From Candidatus Latescibacterota bacterium (lineage in GTDB: Bacteria > Latescibacterota > UBA2968), in the NCBI GenBank assembly GCA_965198115.1, contig OZ240241.1, positions 1,152,001 through 1,216,000 on the forward strand: a stretch of DNA of 64,000 nt, read 5' to 3'. Of this stretch, positions 10,010 to 19,676 are shown in pieces; position 1 is the first letter of the stretch; each line of letters starts with the position of its first letter. The notes beneath the pieces were generated by a model that saw nothing but the letters and a program-made list of their open reading frames with translations, ran no database searches and had not been told where the DNA came from. Both the position numbers and the translations under genes were made by a program.

Positions 10010-10534
10010 GTGGCCACGCCAGGCCCCGTCCTCCTGGACGAAGCCCGTATCGAGTGTCGCATTAAAGAGCTGGCCGTCGAAATTGCCGACGCCTACGCTG
10101 GTCGATCACTCCTGACTCTGGCAGTCCTAAAAGGGTCCTTCGTCTTTCTGGCCGACCTCGTGAGAGCCATCGAGGCCCCTGTTGAAATCGAGTTCGTGAC
10201 ACTCTCGAGTTATGGATCGAGAACAGAGTCCCAAGGAACTGTTCGTCAGCTGACTCATCTGGGAGAGGAGATCGCGGGTCGGGATGTTCTGGTCGTCGAA
10301 GACATCGTCGATTCCGGCCGCACGCTCTCTCACCTGCTCGCGGCCCTGCAGCGGATGCGCCCGGCTTCGGTAGGAAGCTGTGCCTTCTTGAACAAGCCAG
10401 CCCGCCGTGAAGTAACTGTGCCGATCGAGTTCATCGGATTCGAGATTCCCGACGTGTTCGTTATCGGCTACGGACTCGACTTCGCCGGACGGTTTCGCAA
10501 TCTCCCATATGTGGCGGAATTGATCGACACGTAG
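10010..10534 (+). CDS. hpt: Hypoxanthine phosphoribosyltransferase
   Basis: VLKGSFVFLADL, VLVVEDIVDSGRTL, FVIGYGLD, RNLPY. Confidence 0.95.
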   Translation: MATPGPVLLDEARIECRIKELAVEIADAYAGRSLLTLAVLKGSFVFLADLVRAIEAPVEIEFVTLSSYGSRTESQGTVRQLTHLGEEIAGRDVLVVEDIVDSGRTLSHLLAALQRMRPASVGSCAFLNKPARREVTVPIEFIGFEIPDVFVIGYGLDFAGRFRNLPYVAELIDT

Positions 10535-10545
10535 CCAACCTCATC

Positions 10546-10589
10546 AAACTAAAGAAGGGCGGCCCTGATGGGCCACCCTTCTTTAGTTT
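10546..10589. terminator. Bidirectional intrinsic terminator
   Basis: AAACTAAAGAAGGGCGGCCC-TGAT-GGGCCACCCTTCTTTAGTTT hairpin between convergent genes. Confidence 0.85.
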
Positions 10590-10606
10590 TGACCTCAGAC
10601 TGCGAC

Positions 10607-10978
10607 CTATTGTTTGGGTCTGAACGAAATCTCGACGGGCTGACTTTGGGCACGAGCCATTGCTTCGTGCTCTTCTTCTGTGCACGCACTGTCTGTCGGA
10701 ACCGTCGGCTCAGGACCCGCTTCGGCGAACCCGTTCTGCTTCAACCACGCCTCTAGCTCCTCGCCACTGACGTCGGCCAGCATCGTCTCCCCGATCTGGA
10801 CACAAGGCTGGTTGGGTTGCCCCGTCTTCTGGACCATCTCCTGATAATTCTCAGGGTAGTTGATGATGTCCTTGTCCTCGTAGTCCAGCCTGTACTGGGC
10901 GAAGACGGCTCGGATACCGCGGCTCCAACCACACGACGGTTTTAGGTAAGCGGTAATCTTGGGTTGTTCGTTTGCCAT
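10607..10978 (-). CDS. Monothiol glutaredoxin-like protein (CGWS)
   Basis: KPSCGWSRG motif, thioredoxin-fold QPCVQIG, acidic C-terminal tail. Confidence 0.8.
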   Translation of the reverse strand: MANEQPKITAYLKPSCGWSRGIRAVFAQYRLDYEDKDIINYPENYQEMVQKTGQPNQPCVQIGETMLADVSGEELEAWLKQNGFAEAGPEPTVPTDSACTEEEHEAMARAQSQPVEISFRPKQ

Positions 10979-11284
10979 GTTGTGCCTTCCTCCAGGGCCC
11001 TTTGAGGGGAGATCGGATTCGTTTCTGAACGGCCGAAAGATAACGGAAATCGAAGATCTGACAAGCCTGTCTTGTTCATTGGAATTGATTGTCGAGCAAC
11101 ACCCTGGTGCTTTTCCACGTGGCGACTGTTAGCCCAAAGTCCCGTCACTAAGAACTATAAGAACAATAGAAATAATATGTTGTAATTAATCTCTACCAAA
11201 GTGTGGGATCGACCCGGACTGATTGAGCTAAAGCAGGACGCGATACCAGCGATAGTAAGGAAGCACCGTCCAATTCACTCTTCC

Positions 11285-13234
11285 GTGGAGCGAATTCACC
11301 TTGGCCCACCCCATTCTACGTCCAAAGTGGTCGGAATCGCGGGGACTTCTGGCGATGATGACGATCTGCGCCGTCACCGCGGTCGTCTTCGCGGGCGTTC
11401 TTCAGAACGACTTCGCCTACGACGCCTCTCGAACGAACTCGTCGGGGCAATCGCCCCTCTGAAAATTCTGGCGAATCCATATTGGGTCGGTTTTGGGACA
11501 GACGGCAATGGGACCTACTACCGGCCGCTGACCGTCCTCTCCTTCGCCCTCGATCGGGCTCTCTATGGAAGCTCGGCCTGGGGTTTCCATCTTACGAATG
11601 TTTTTCTGCACGCTCTGGCGGGCTGCCTGGTCTTCGCGCTGGTTCAGACACTCGTCCGGAGCCGGTCAGCGGGATTGGCCGCCGCGCTTGTCACCGTCGT
11701 ACACCCCGTCAACACCGAGGCGGTTGCACACGTGTCGGCTCGCGGCGATCTTCTCGTGGCAATTTTTGTCATTGCAGGCGTTCGGGAAGTCCTTCGAAGA
11801 AGGCCGAGGGTGTGGGCGATCGCCTTGAGCGTCCTGGGCGCGCTCGTTTCGAAGGAGTCGGGTCTCGTTCTGCCGATTCTCCTCGTGTGGGTGGATGTCA
11901 TCTGGTGTCCGACGAGGGAGTCATTGCACCACTATGCACTCAGGCGGATTCGACGGGTCCACGTCTGGTCGGCGGTCTCCGTTCTGGCCTGGTTGGCCCT
12001 CAGATGGAATGCGACGGGGTCGCTCGCCCACGTGAGGCCCTCTCCACTCGACAATCCCCTTATCGTAGAGTCCACACTGACTGCTCTATTCACGCTCCCC
12101 CACCAGCTGTTCGAATACGCAAGGCTTCTGGTCTATCCCGCGTCCCTATCCGTCGATTATGGATTCGCCCAACTTCCGGTCGTCGAGTCCCCTGACCCGA
12201 TGCTGGTCGTTCTGGCCGTGGCCGTGGTGCTGTGTGGCAGGTTGCTTCGCTCCACCCTCCAGAACGCTCCGGCCCTGTCGCTCGCAATAGGGATACTCTT
12301 ACTTCCGATCCTCCTCGTGACCAACCCACTGCTGCCGGCCGGAAGCATGGTGGCTGAGCGATATCTCTATCTGTCGACGATTGGGTTGGCCACGGTGGTC
12401 GCGTATTCCGGACACCGGTTCAGACCCGTGTGGCCTGCTGCGCTGTCGAAGCCTCCAGTTCGCTGGGCTGCACTCTCGATCGTGCTTGCGGCTGCGGGTG
12501 TCAGAACGGATCAGCGTGTTGATGATTGGCAGTCGGATGAGACTCTTTTTGCATCAGCCGTAGAGGCTTCACCAAGAAGCATACGCTCCCACATCAACTA
12601 TGCCCACACGCTGAGCAAAAGGGGAGATTACCTAGCGGCGTCAGCGGTGCTGACACGGGCGATCGCCGTGGCACCGCCCATGCCCATTCTCCACTTACGT
12701 CTGGCCGACGCCCTGAGACACACGGGTCGCAATGATGCAGCACTGGTTCAATACAAAAACGCCGCACGGCTGAATCCCAACGTCGTCGAGGCGTGGGTGG
12801 GTGTTGGAAACACGGCTCTCGCCCTGAACCGAGACGCAGAGGCTGAGCGCGTTCTGGAACGGGCTGTGGCAATGCTTCCCGGCAGTTTCGAGACCCTCAA
12901 CCAGCTTGGGATTGCCTACCACCGCCGTGGAAAATTCCCCGACGCGCAGAACGCATACCGAAGCGCGATCCACGAGAACGGTCGCAGTGCTCACGTCTAT
13001 TTTAACCTTGGCGTCGCACTTGCTTCGGACAACAAGCCGGTAGAGGCCGCTGAGGCCTTCGAGAACGCCGTGAGTCTTCAGCCGACGCTGCTACCGGCGC
13101 ATCGCTATCTCGCCCAGCTCTTCGACGGGATGGGCGACCCGGAGCGAGCCGAACGTCATCGCAGAGCTTTCGGTGCCCTAACCGGACAGCCATCCAGTCC
13201 GGACGGCAGGACCTCGTCGGGCCCCCCTTCCTGA
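11285..13234 (+). CDS. TMTC-like GT-C membrane glycosyltransferase with C-terminal TPRs (5' part frameshifted)
   Basis: YYRPL, FHLTNV, HPVNTEAV, SKESG, DNP, LSVDY, ERYLY, then TPRs; first TM segment and NDFAYD lie in another frame before ~11425. Confidence 0.85.
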   Translation: MERIHLGPPHSTSKVVGIAGTSGDDDDLRRHRGRLRGRSSERLRLRRLSNELVGAIAPLKILANPYWVGFGTDGNGTYYRPLTVLSFALDRALYGSSAWGFHLTNVFLHALAGCLVFALVQTLVRSRSAGLAAALVTVVHPVNTEAVAHVSARGDLLVAIFVIAGVREVLRRRPRVWAIALSVLGALVSKESGLVLPILLVWVDVIWCPTRESLHHYALRRIRRVHVWSAVSVLAWLALRWNATGSLAHVRPSPLDNPLIVESTLTALFTLPHQLFEYARLLVYPASLSVDYGFAQLPVVESPDPMLVVLAVAVVLCGRLLRSTLQNAPALSLAIGILLLPILLVTNPLLPAGSMVAERYLYLSTIGLATVVAYSGHRFRPVWPAALSKPPVRWAALSIVLAAAGVRTDQRVDDWQSDETLFASAVEASPRSIRSHINYAHTLSKRGDYLAASAVLTRAIAVAPPMPILHLRLADALRHTGRNDAALVQYKNAARLNPNVVEAWVGVGNTALALNRDAEAERVLERAVAMLPGSFETLNQLGIAYHRRGKFPDAQNAYRSAIHENGRSAHVYFNLGVALASDNKPVEAAEAFENAVSLQPTLLPAHRYLAQLFDGMGDPERAERHRRAFGALTGQPSSPDGRTSSGPPS

Positions 13235-13305
13235 CAATCCCCCAAAAGACACGCACTCCTGAAAAGATTCAGGGGGCGCGTTTACTCTCCACGAGAAAAG
13301 ACGAA

Positions 13306-13611
13306 CTATTCTGCGGCCGACACCGCCGCAGCAAACACCAGGTCCGCGCGGGTGACGGCGTTCTCGCTGTGCGTCGTGACTCGAACGGTCAGCGTTTTTG
13401 TTCGGCTGTCGAGGACGATATCCGAGTGATGGTTCTGTTCGTCCATGACCTCTGTCAGCTTCCTTACGAACACCATGGTGGGTACGAACCTATCAAAACT
13501 CCATATTCGCTGGAGCGTCTTCTCGGAAGACACGTATTCCCACCCCTCCAGTTCGGAGAGCGCGGCTTCAATCTCATCTTCTGTGACGATCGTTTTGTCT
13601 TCGGTGGACAC
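13306..13611 (-). CDS. Pterin-4-alpha-carbinolamine dehydratase
   Basis: LEGW, NHHSDI, TTHSENAVTRAD; GTG start at 13611 with GGAG RBS. Confidence 0.85.
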   Translation of the reverse strand: MSTEDKTIVTEDEIEAALSELEGWEYVSSEKTLQRIWSFDRFVPTMVFVRKLTEVMDEQNHHSDIVLDSRTKTLTVRVTTHSENAVTRADLVFAAAVSAAE

Positions 13612-13672
13612 GGTCGGGCTCCGTTTTGAAAGTTGGGCGGATGCGTCGTCGGGTTGAACATAACCACGACGG

Positions 13673-14263
13673 TCAGGAAATCCCACGCTGAACGCGGTCC
13701 CTCGCCAGTTCGTAGGCTTCCGGAGTGTTGACATTCTGGAGGCACGTTCTCAGCCGTGGCATCGAGGCGTCGAGGAAGCGTGTGGGTCTGCGGCACAGCA
13801 GATGACGGATGGGAAGGTTCCCCTCGTCGAGCATGGTATTCACGCTCTCGAGGACATCCGTTCGATAAGTGGAGGCAAGTGGATGGGCACGCTGACCGTC
13901 GTGCGGGCACACGATGTCGACGCCGGAGCCAGCGTGCGCCAATCGATCGATCAACTCGGCTGACAAGAATGGCATATCGCACGCAGCGACAAATGCACGG
14001 TTTCCATAGGCTCCCACTACACCCAGTCCCGACTGCATCCCGCCCAGCGGACCTCTCCCGGGTATCCGATCCCGAAGGACCTCGGTCACCGATAGATTCG
14101 GGAGGGTCTGCCCAGGTGCCGCGACCACCACCACGTGGCTGAATATGCCCCAGAGAAGACTCACGACGTAACTGAGGAGCGTTTCGTCTCCAAAGGGCAG
14201 ATCGATCTTGGGTCGACCCATGCGCTTACTCTCCCCACCACATAGAAGGACCGCCGGCATCAT
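13673..14263 (-). CDS. mobA: Molybdenum cofactor guanylyltransferase
   Basis: LCGGESKRMGRPK, GPLGG, ACDMPF, NVNTPE; ATGA overlap with the upstream gene. Confidence 0.88.
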   Translation of the reverse strand: MMPAVLLCGGESKRMGRPKIDLPFGDETLLSYVVSLLWGIFSHVVVVAAPGQTLPNLSVTEVLRDRIPGRGPLGGMQSGLGVVGAYGNRAFVAACDMPFLSAELIDRLAHAGSGVDIVCPHDGQRAHPLASTYRTDVLESVNTMLDEGNLPIRHLLCRRPTRFLDASMPRLRTCLQNVNTPEAYELARDRVQRGIS

Positions 14264-15543
14264 CGGATGGGGCTCCCCTTTCCCGAAGCACGATACCACA
14301 CGCCGACCTCCGCCGCGGTCACGGGAGGCCGCAGTGACCTGCCGTCGGAGACGACCGCCGCAACAAGATCTGGATTTCGCAGTTTTGCCAGGTCCGTGAT
14401 GGATACCAAACCGTGACTCATCAACAGGTTGGCCCGATCCGTGCCCATTCCCTTGTGGATTGAGAGGCCAGCGTGTTGACAGGCGAGCGTCATGGAGTCA
14501 ACGGGTCGGTCGATCAACTCGGCAAGTGCGCCCGCTCCGTCCCGACGACATCGTGTGTGGAGTATCTCGGGTGTCGGCACACCTGCATTCGTCAGGCTTT
14601 CGATCGATTTAGGATCCAATCCTGCGATCTGCTCCAACAATGGTCTTCTCGATCGCACAGAATGCTGCATCATTCCGCCGAATCCGACCACGACGATAGC
14701 TACCCAGAGACCGGTCAAACAAAGCCGCCACAGCCTGCGTAGGGAACGTGCACCCCAGGCTCGTTCGATCAACCCGTAGGTCGGGTATGCATTCAGAGCC
14801 AGCGCAGGAAAACCCAGAAATCCGAGAAGCGGCATTTCGAACAGCTTGATCTCCTCGAGGCCCGGGACCGTGTAGATCCATTTACAGCGCGCGACGGCAT
14901 TCATGCTCTCCCACAGGAGCCCCGCCCACGTCCCACCCACAATCAGCGAGAGCAATCGATTGGCTTGGCCTCCCTCGAGATCGCGTAGGACCGATGGTGA
15001 TCCCAGTCGGTAGGCCATTGCTTCGGGAAGACAGGCCAGGGCGCCCCACGTCATCCAGTAGGCGTGGCGGGGAAAGACAAGGGGCGTCGTCAGGCAAAGG
15101 ATCCCGAGCACGAGGAGCCCCTGGCGGAGCCCTTCGACACGAACACGTTTCCACCGCACGTTCGCGAACCAGTTCGATGTCTCTACGATCCTGGCGTGAA
15201 GAAGACACGCGGGCATCACAGTTGAGAAGGCGATGCACGAGAATAGGAATGATGCCGCGACGTGGTGGAACGCGTACACGTAATACCAATTCTGAAGACG
15301 GACATTGTAGAGCTCGAAAAAGAACCAGAAAGGAATCGACCAGAGAAACATCGGCAGATGTTTTCGTGCTTCGAGCAGAGGCGGGTGACCTGACCACCCT
15401 GCGACGGCGTGCAGCATGGCAAAGTATCCGGCCCACGCGAGCAGATACCAGAGAATGTGCCAAGGGTCCAGGTCCAGCCACAGCGCCACGCCACCGAACC
15501 CGACGGAAGCCAATCCGAGTAGAACCGGGAGGCCGTGCTTCAT
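14260..15543 (-). CDS. Polytopic membrane protein with C-terminal DUF4332-like (HhH) domain
   Basis: Multiple TM segments with FELYN...NWYY, WESMN...KWIY, FEMPLLGFLGF motifs; C-terminal GMGTDRANLL. Confidence 0.65.
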   Translation of the reverse strand: MKHGLPVLLGLASVGFGGVALWLDLDPWHILWYLLAWAGYFAMLHAVAGWSGHPPLLEARKHLPMFLWSIPFWFFFELYNVRLQNWYYVYAFHHVAASFLFSCIAFSTVMPACLLHARIVETSNWFANVRWKRVRVEGLRQGLLVLGILCLTTPLVFPRHAYWMTWGALACLPEAMAYRLGSPSVLRDLEGGQANRLLSLIVGGTWAGLLWESMNAVARCKWIYTVPGLEEIKLFEMPLLGFLGFPALALNAYPTYGLIERAWGARSLRRLWRLCLTGLWVAIVVVGFGGMMQHSVRSRRPLLEQIAGLDPKSIESLTNAGVPTPEILHTRCRRDGAGALAELIDRPVDSMTLACQHAGLSIHKGMGTDRANLLMSHGLVSITDLAKLRNPDLVAAVVSDGRSLRPPVTAAEVGVWYRASGKGSPIR

Positions 15544-15627
15544 CACATCGCCCCACTCAACGCACGGCGAGGCCGCACTTTTGCGACGCACGTCGAAAGC
15601 GTATATTTTCGCCGAAAAAACCACGTC

Positions 15628-16416
15628 ATGTTCGGATCTCTGACCTACCTCTTCTTCAGCCAACTCTCTGTGGGCGGCGTACTTTCCATCTTACTCGTGC
15701 CCCAGGAGGCTGGCAAGAGCTTCTTCCGCTTCTGCTGCGCAGCAACTCTTGTGCTCCTCGCGGTCGGGATGGCCGCTGGGGGTGTGGGGACAGACCACAC
15801 CCTCGTGTCGCAGGGGTTCTTCGGAGCTTTCGGTTTGACGCTCGTGGTCTTCCTGCTCGGCGTCCTGCGCGATCGGTTCTCCCGACTCACCTTGGCGGCT
15901 TCTGGTAGCCTCGGCATCCTGGCACTCATCACCGACGGCATCACCCGCGCGGGTCTAGACCCTCCCTGGTGGGCGCCCGTGCTCGGGGCGGCCTATTCTT
16001 TGACGTCGGCTCTGTTCATCGGGTCGATCATCTTTGGCATGGTCTTGGGCCACTGGTATCTGGTCCTGCCGACACTGCCCATCGACCCGCTTCGCGACCT
16101 GACCCGCCTGATGATCCTGAGTGTGACCGTTAAAGCGATGCTCCTGGTCATCACCCTCTTGGTTTACTTTTACGCTGGCGGAGTGGAACACCAGGAAACC
16201 ATTTCGGGCTTTGCAGGCCTTGGGGGTCTGTTCTTTTGGGCCCGTGTTCTCTTTGGCCTGCTCGGCCCTTCTGTCATCTGTTACATGACGTGGGAAACGG
16301 TCAAGATCAACTCCACCCAATCGGCGACCGGACTTCTCTACGTCGCAACCCTGCTCGTCCTCATCGGGGAGCCCGTTTCCCGATTCATCTACCTCACGAC
16401 TTCCATTCCGGTCTGA
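15628..16416 (+). CDS. Hypothetical polytopic membrane protein (GHWYL motif)
   Basis: About 8 hydrophobic segments; MVLGHWYL and TQSATGLLY. Confidence 0.75.
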   Translation: MFGSLTYLFFSQLSVGGVLSILLVPQEAGKSFFRFCCAATLVLLAVGMAAGGVGTDHTLVSQGFFGAFGLTLVVFLLGVLRDRFSRLTLAASGSLGILALITDGITRAGLDPPWWAPVLGAAYSLTSALFIGSIIFGMVLGHWYLVLPTLPIDPLRDLTRLMILSVTVKAMLLVITLLVYFYAGGVEHQETISGFAGLGGLFFWARVLFGLLGPSVICYMTWETVKINSTQSATGLLYVATLLVLIGEPVSRFIYLTTSIPV

Positions 16417-16419
16417 GCT

Positions 16420-16869
16420 ATGGTCATCATCACACGATGTTCTGCCTGCGGCTATCGGGTCGCCGTCGATCCGGCCGAGGTCGAGGACTCGAAGTGCACA
16501 CGCTGTGGCGTAGAAACTTCCCTCGACATCTCCGATCGCATGCTCGAGGACAATCAAGTGGACGTTTGCCCCAACTGTGGTCGACGAGCCTTCTATGTTC
16601 AACGCGACTTCAACAGAAACCTGGGTCTGGTCATCGTTATCGTGTGTGCCGTAATCGGCCTTTTTTTCGTATTTTTGGATAGACCGTTCCTTTTCTACGC
16701 CAGCCTGGGTGTCGGGGTTCTCATCGACCTCGTCCTCTACCTAGCGCTGCCAGACGTAACGATTTGCTACGCCTGCCAGGCCATCTTTCGTGGGGCAACG
16801 CGGAATCCCGATCACGGTGGCTTCGATCTGCATATTGCAGATCACTTCGAGGGCCGGAGCCAGGGCTGA
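16420..16869 (+). CDS. Zn-ribbon, 2-TM hypothetical protein
   Basis: CSAC, CTRC, CPNC, QRDF, two TM helices, CYAC; starts 3 nt after the upstream stop. Confidence 0.78.
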   Translation: MVIITRCSACGYRVAVDPAEVEDSKCTRCGVETSLDISDRMLEDNQVDVCPNCGRRAFYVQRDFNRNLGLVIVIVCAVIGLFFVFLDRPFLFYASLGVGVLIDLVLYLALPDVTICYACQAIFRGATRNPDHGGFDLHIADHFEGRSQG

Positions 16870-17013
16870 AGCGTATCCGGTCAACAAGAGAAAGGTTGAC
16901 GGCCGTTTTCTTTGAAGGTGTCATTCCCGTCCAAATCAGCACACTTCGCAATTGACCGATTTTTAACGGGTTGTGCAACATTCACCGACTTGGTACGGTG
17001 GACTTTCGGGGGA

Positions 17014-18267
17014 ATGGACGAAGACGGACAACGTAGAGTGCTGGTGGCCCAGTTCCAACCCACCGACAGGCAGTTTGCCAGTCGGTTTTTGGAAGTGCTG
17101 GGGGGCTACGAGGTGCACGAGGCGGCGGACGGGATGAGCATGATCAAGGCCCTCAAGAGCCGGCCCGATGTCATTCTCGCCGATACCAGCCAACGAGCAC
17201 AATTTCCCCGGGCGCTCGAGATCATCAGGCGAAACAAGGCGTTCGAAGAGACACCCATCGTGATTTACAGCGAGGAGCAGCATCTCGCGCCGGGATTGGG
17301 TGCCAAGGGCATTTCGGGTTTCATCGTCAAGCCGGCCTCCCCTGCCGTGCTGCTCGGCAAGCTCTGGAAGGTTTTGGGCGAGGAAAGCGCGCGCGAGGCG
17401 TCTGCGTCGACGTTCTCGGAGCGATTCCAGGCCGATCTGGACGGGATCGACGATCTACCCACGCTCCCCTCGGTTTTCGCCGAGGTCGACCGTCTGTGCA
17501 AAGATCCCGACATCGGGGCCGACGAGTTGAGCAAGGTGATCGAAACAGATCCTTCGATCACGCTCAAGCTGCTCAATCTGGCCAACTCCGCGTTCTTCGG
17601 GTTCAGTAGACGCATCAAAACCGTCCACGAGGCCATCTCTCTCCTGGGCAACAAAACGGTCAAGAATGCGATTCTGAACATCGCGGTCTACGAGGCCACC
17701 AAGGACCTCGACTCGTCGGCCGGTTTGGACAAAAAGGAATTCTGGGTACACTCGGCCGGGGTCGGGTCGGTTGCCCGCTTCCTCTGTAAAAAGCTCTCGA
17801 TCGACCGCGATGAAGCCTTCACGGCGGGCATTGTGCACGACATGGGCAAGATCATCCTCGACTCGCTGTATGCGGATTTCTACGGTGATGTGCTCAAACG
17901 TGTGGCCGAGGGGGACGTTTCGATTTACGAGGCCGAGGAAGACGTCGTCGGGCTGACGCACGCGCAAATCGGTGAAGAACTTGCCGAGTCCTGGAATCTG
18001 GGTCCGGAACTCGTGGCGACGATCGCGCACCACCACCGACCCTCCCGCGCGGAAGGTGATGCGGAGATTGCGTGTCTCGTTCACATTGGAGATGTTATAG
18101 CGCGAAGACTCAGCGTCGGGTCAGGAGGCGATTCGAATGTTCCGGACATCGAGCCCGATGCGCTCAAGACGCTGAGTGTCTCATCTGATCAACTGACGGA
18201 GTGGGATGAAGAAATCCAGGAAGCAGTCGAACGTGACCGATCGATTCTTTCGATCTTGCAAAGCTGA
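17014..18267 (+). CDS. Receiver-like + HDOD domain signalling protein
   Basis: REC (DVILAD...IVKP); HDOD (LPTLP, DPSITLKLLNLANSAFFG, FWVHS, VHDMGK, HHRP). Confidence 0.9.
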   Translation: MDEDGQRRVLVAQFQPTDRQFASRFLEVLGGYEVHEAADGMSMIKALKSRPDVILADTSQRAQFPRALEIIRRNKAFEETPIVIYSEEQHLAPGLGAKGISGFIVKPASPAVLLGKLWKVLGEESAREASASTFSERFQADLDGIDDLPTLPSVFAEVDRLCKDPDIGADELSKVIETDPSITLKLLNLANSAFFGFSRRIKTVHEAISLLGNKTVKNAILNIAVYEATKDLDSSAGLDKKEFWVHSAGVGSVARFLCKKLSIDRDEAFTAGIVHDMGKIILDSLYADFYGDVLKRVAEGDVSIYEAEEDVVGLTHAQIGEELAESWNLGPELVATIAHHHRPSRAEGDAEIACLVHIGDVIARRLSVGSGGDSNVPDIEPDALKTLSVSSDQLTEWDEEIQEAVERDRSILSILQS

Positions 18268-18279
18268 AGTGGGGCAACA

Positions 18280-19604
18280 ATGTCTGAGGAAGAAGGCCCG
18301 TCGGGCACACCAAAGACGATCATCGTAGACCGAAAGTTCAAACCTGAAGACCTACGGATTCCACGCAATCAGGTCTACGTGAAGGATCTTGGCGAGTGTT
18401 TTAAGATTTTTCAAAAGTGGGGCTTCGACATCATCTGGGTGGAAAACGGCGTCGACTGTCTCCGAGCGGTTCGGAAGTGGGCGGCGGATATCAAGTCGGT
18501 TCTGATCGAAGGATACGTCCCAAGGGGCGGGTTCACAGTAGCTCGCCTCATCCGGTTCAAACCCGACTGCAAGCACATTCCTGTTTTCCTCATGTCCTCG
18601 CAGCTCACAGAAAACGACATTGCCGAGGGTAAGAAACTGGGCATCGTCGATTCCCTTACGCGACCGTTCAACGACACCGCCACACTCGAAGAGAGACTTC
18701 AAACCGGACTCGATGTGCAGGAAGAGGCGGCGGCCGAGGCGCCCGCGGATCCCAGGGCCCACATCCTGGGCGAGCTGGAAAAAATCCAGGGCCTGCCGGC
18801 CATGCCCACCGTCTACAACGAGATCGACAAGCTTTCGAAGAACCCGGAAACGACGACCGAAGAGTACGCCAAGGTCATCGAGCTGGACCCGGGGATCACG
18901 ACTCAGATGCTCCGCCTGTGTAACTCTTCTGCCTTCTCGTTTTCACGCCAGATTACCTCCGTCGGCGACGCCGTAAACTCGGGCTTCAGACCGTTATCGA
19001 TTTCGTTCGAACACTGTCCGTGGTGGGGGCTTTTAAGGGCAAGGCACAGGCTTTCGATGCTCAAGAATTCTGGCAACATTCCATTGCCGTGGGGGTCATC
19101 GCCAAGCTTCTTCGCGACCGTGACGAATTGAAGGGGAAGCTCGACATAGGCGAAGACGATCCGTTCATGGCCGGTATGGTCCACGATATCGGCAAACAGG
19201 TTCTGGGCCACTTCTTCAACGAAATGTTCCAGATGGTGCTCGACGAAATGAAGGCTGGCAACGGAATATACGACGTGGAAATGGATGTGCTCGGTCTGAC
19301 GCATGCCCACATCGGTGCGGGTCTGGCGGACAAGTGGCAGCTCCCGACTTCTCTATCTGCGGTCATCGGAACTCACCACACCCCGTCGGAAGACGAAGCC
19401 AACGAAATGACCAAACTCATCCATCTAGCCGACGTCACTGCCAAACAGTTGGATATGGGGTTTTGCGAAAAGCAGAAGGACGCGCAACCCGACGAGGCGT
19501 TGATGGGCGCCATCGAAATGGAGGCGTTTGGGGAGATGCGGGCTGACATGGAAATCACGATACGAAAACAGGTCGCCGATACTTTTTCGGCCATCTTCAA
19601 GTAG
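18280..19604 (+). CDS. Receiver-like + HDOD protein split by a frameshift (~18978)
   Basis: ORFs 18280-19131 and 19020-19604 join as ...DAV|LGLQTVIDFVRTLSVVGAF...FWQHS...VHDIGK...HHTP. Confidence 0.85.
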
Positions 19605-19625
19605 ACCGCAGGAGTCAAAAACCGA

Positions 19626-19657
19626 AAGAGGCCTGGATGTAATCATCCAGGCCTCTT
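19626..19657. terminator. Hairpin terminator between convergent genes
   Basis: AAGAGGCCTGGATG-TAAT-CATCCAGGCCTCTT. Confidence 0.75.
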
Positions 19658-19676
19658 CTCGTTCGTGCCCATTTAA

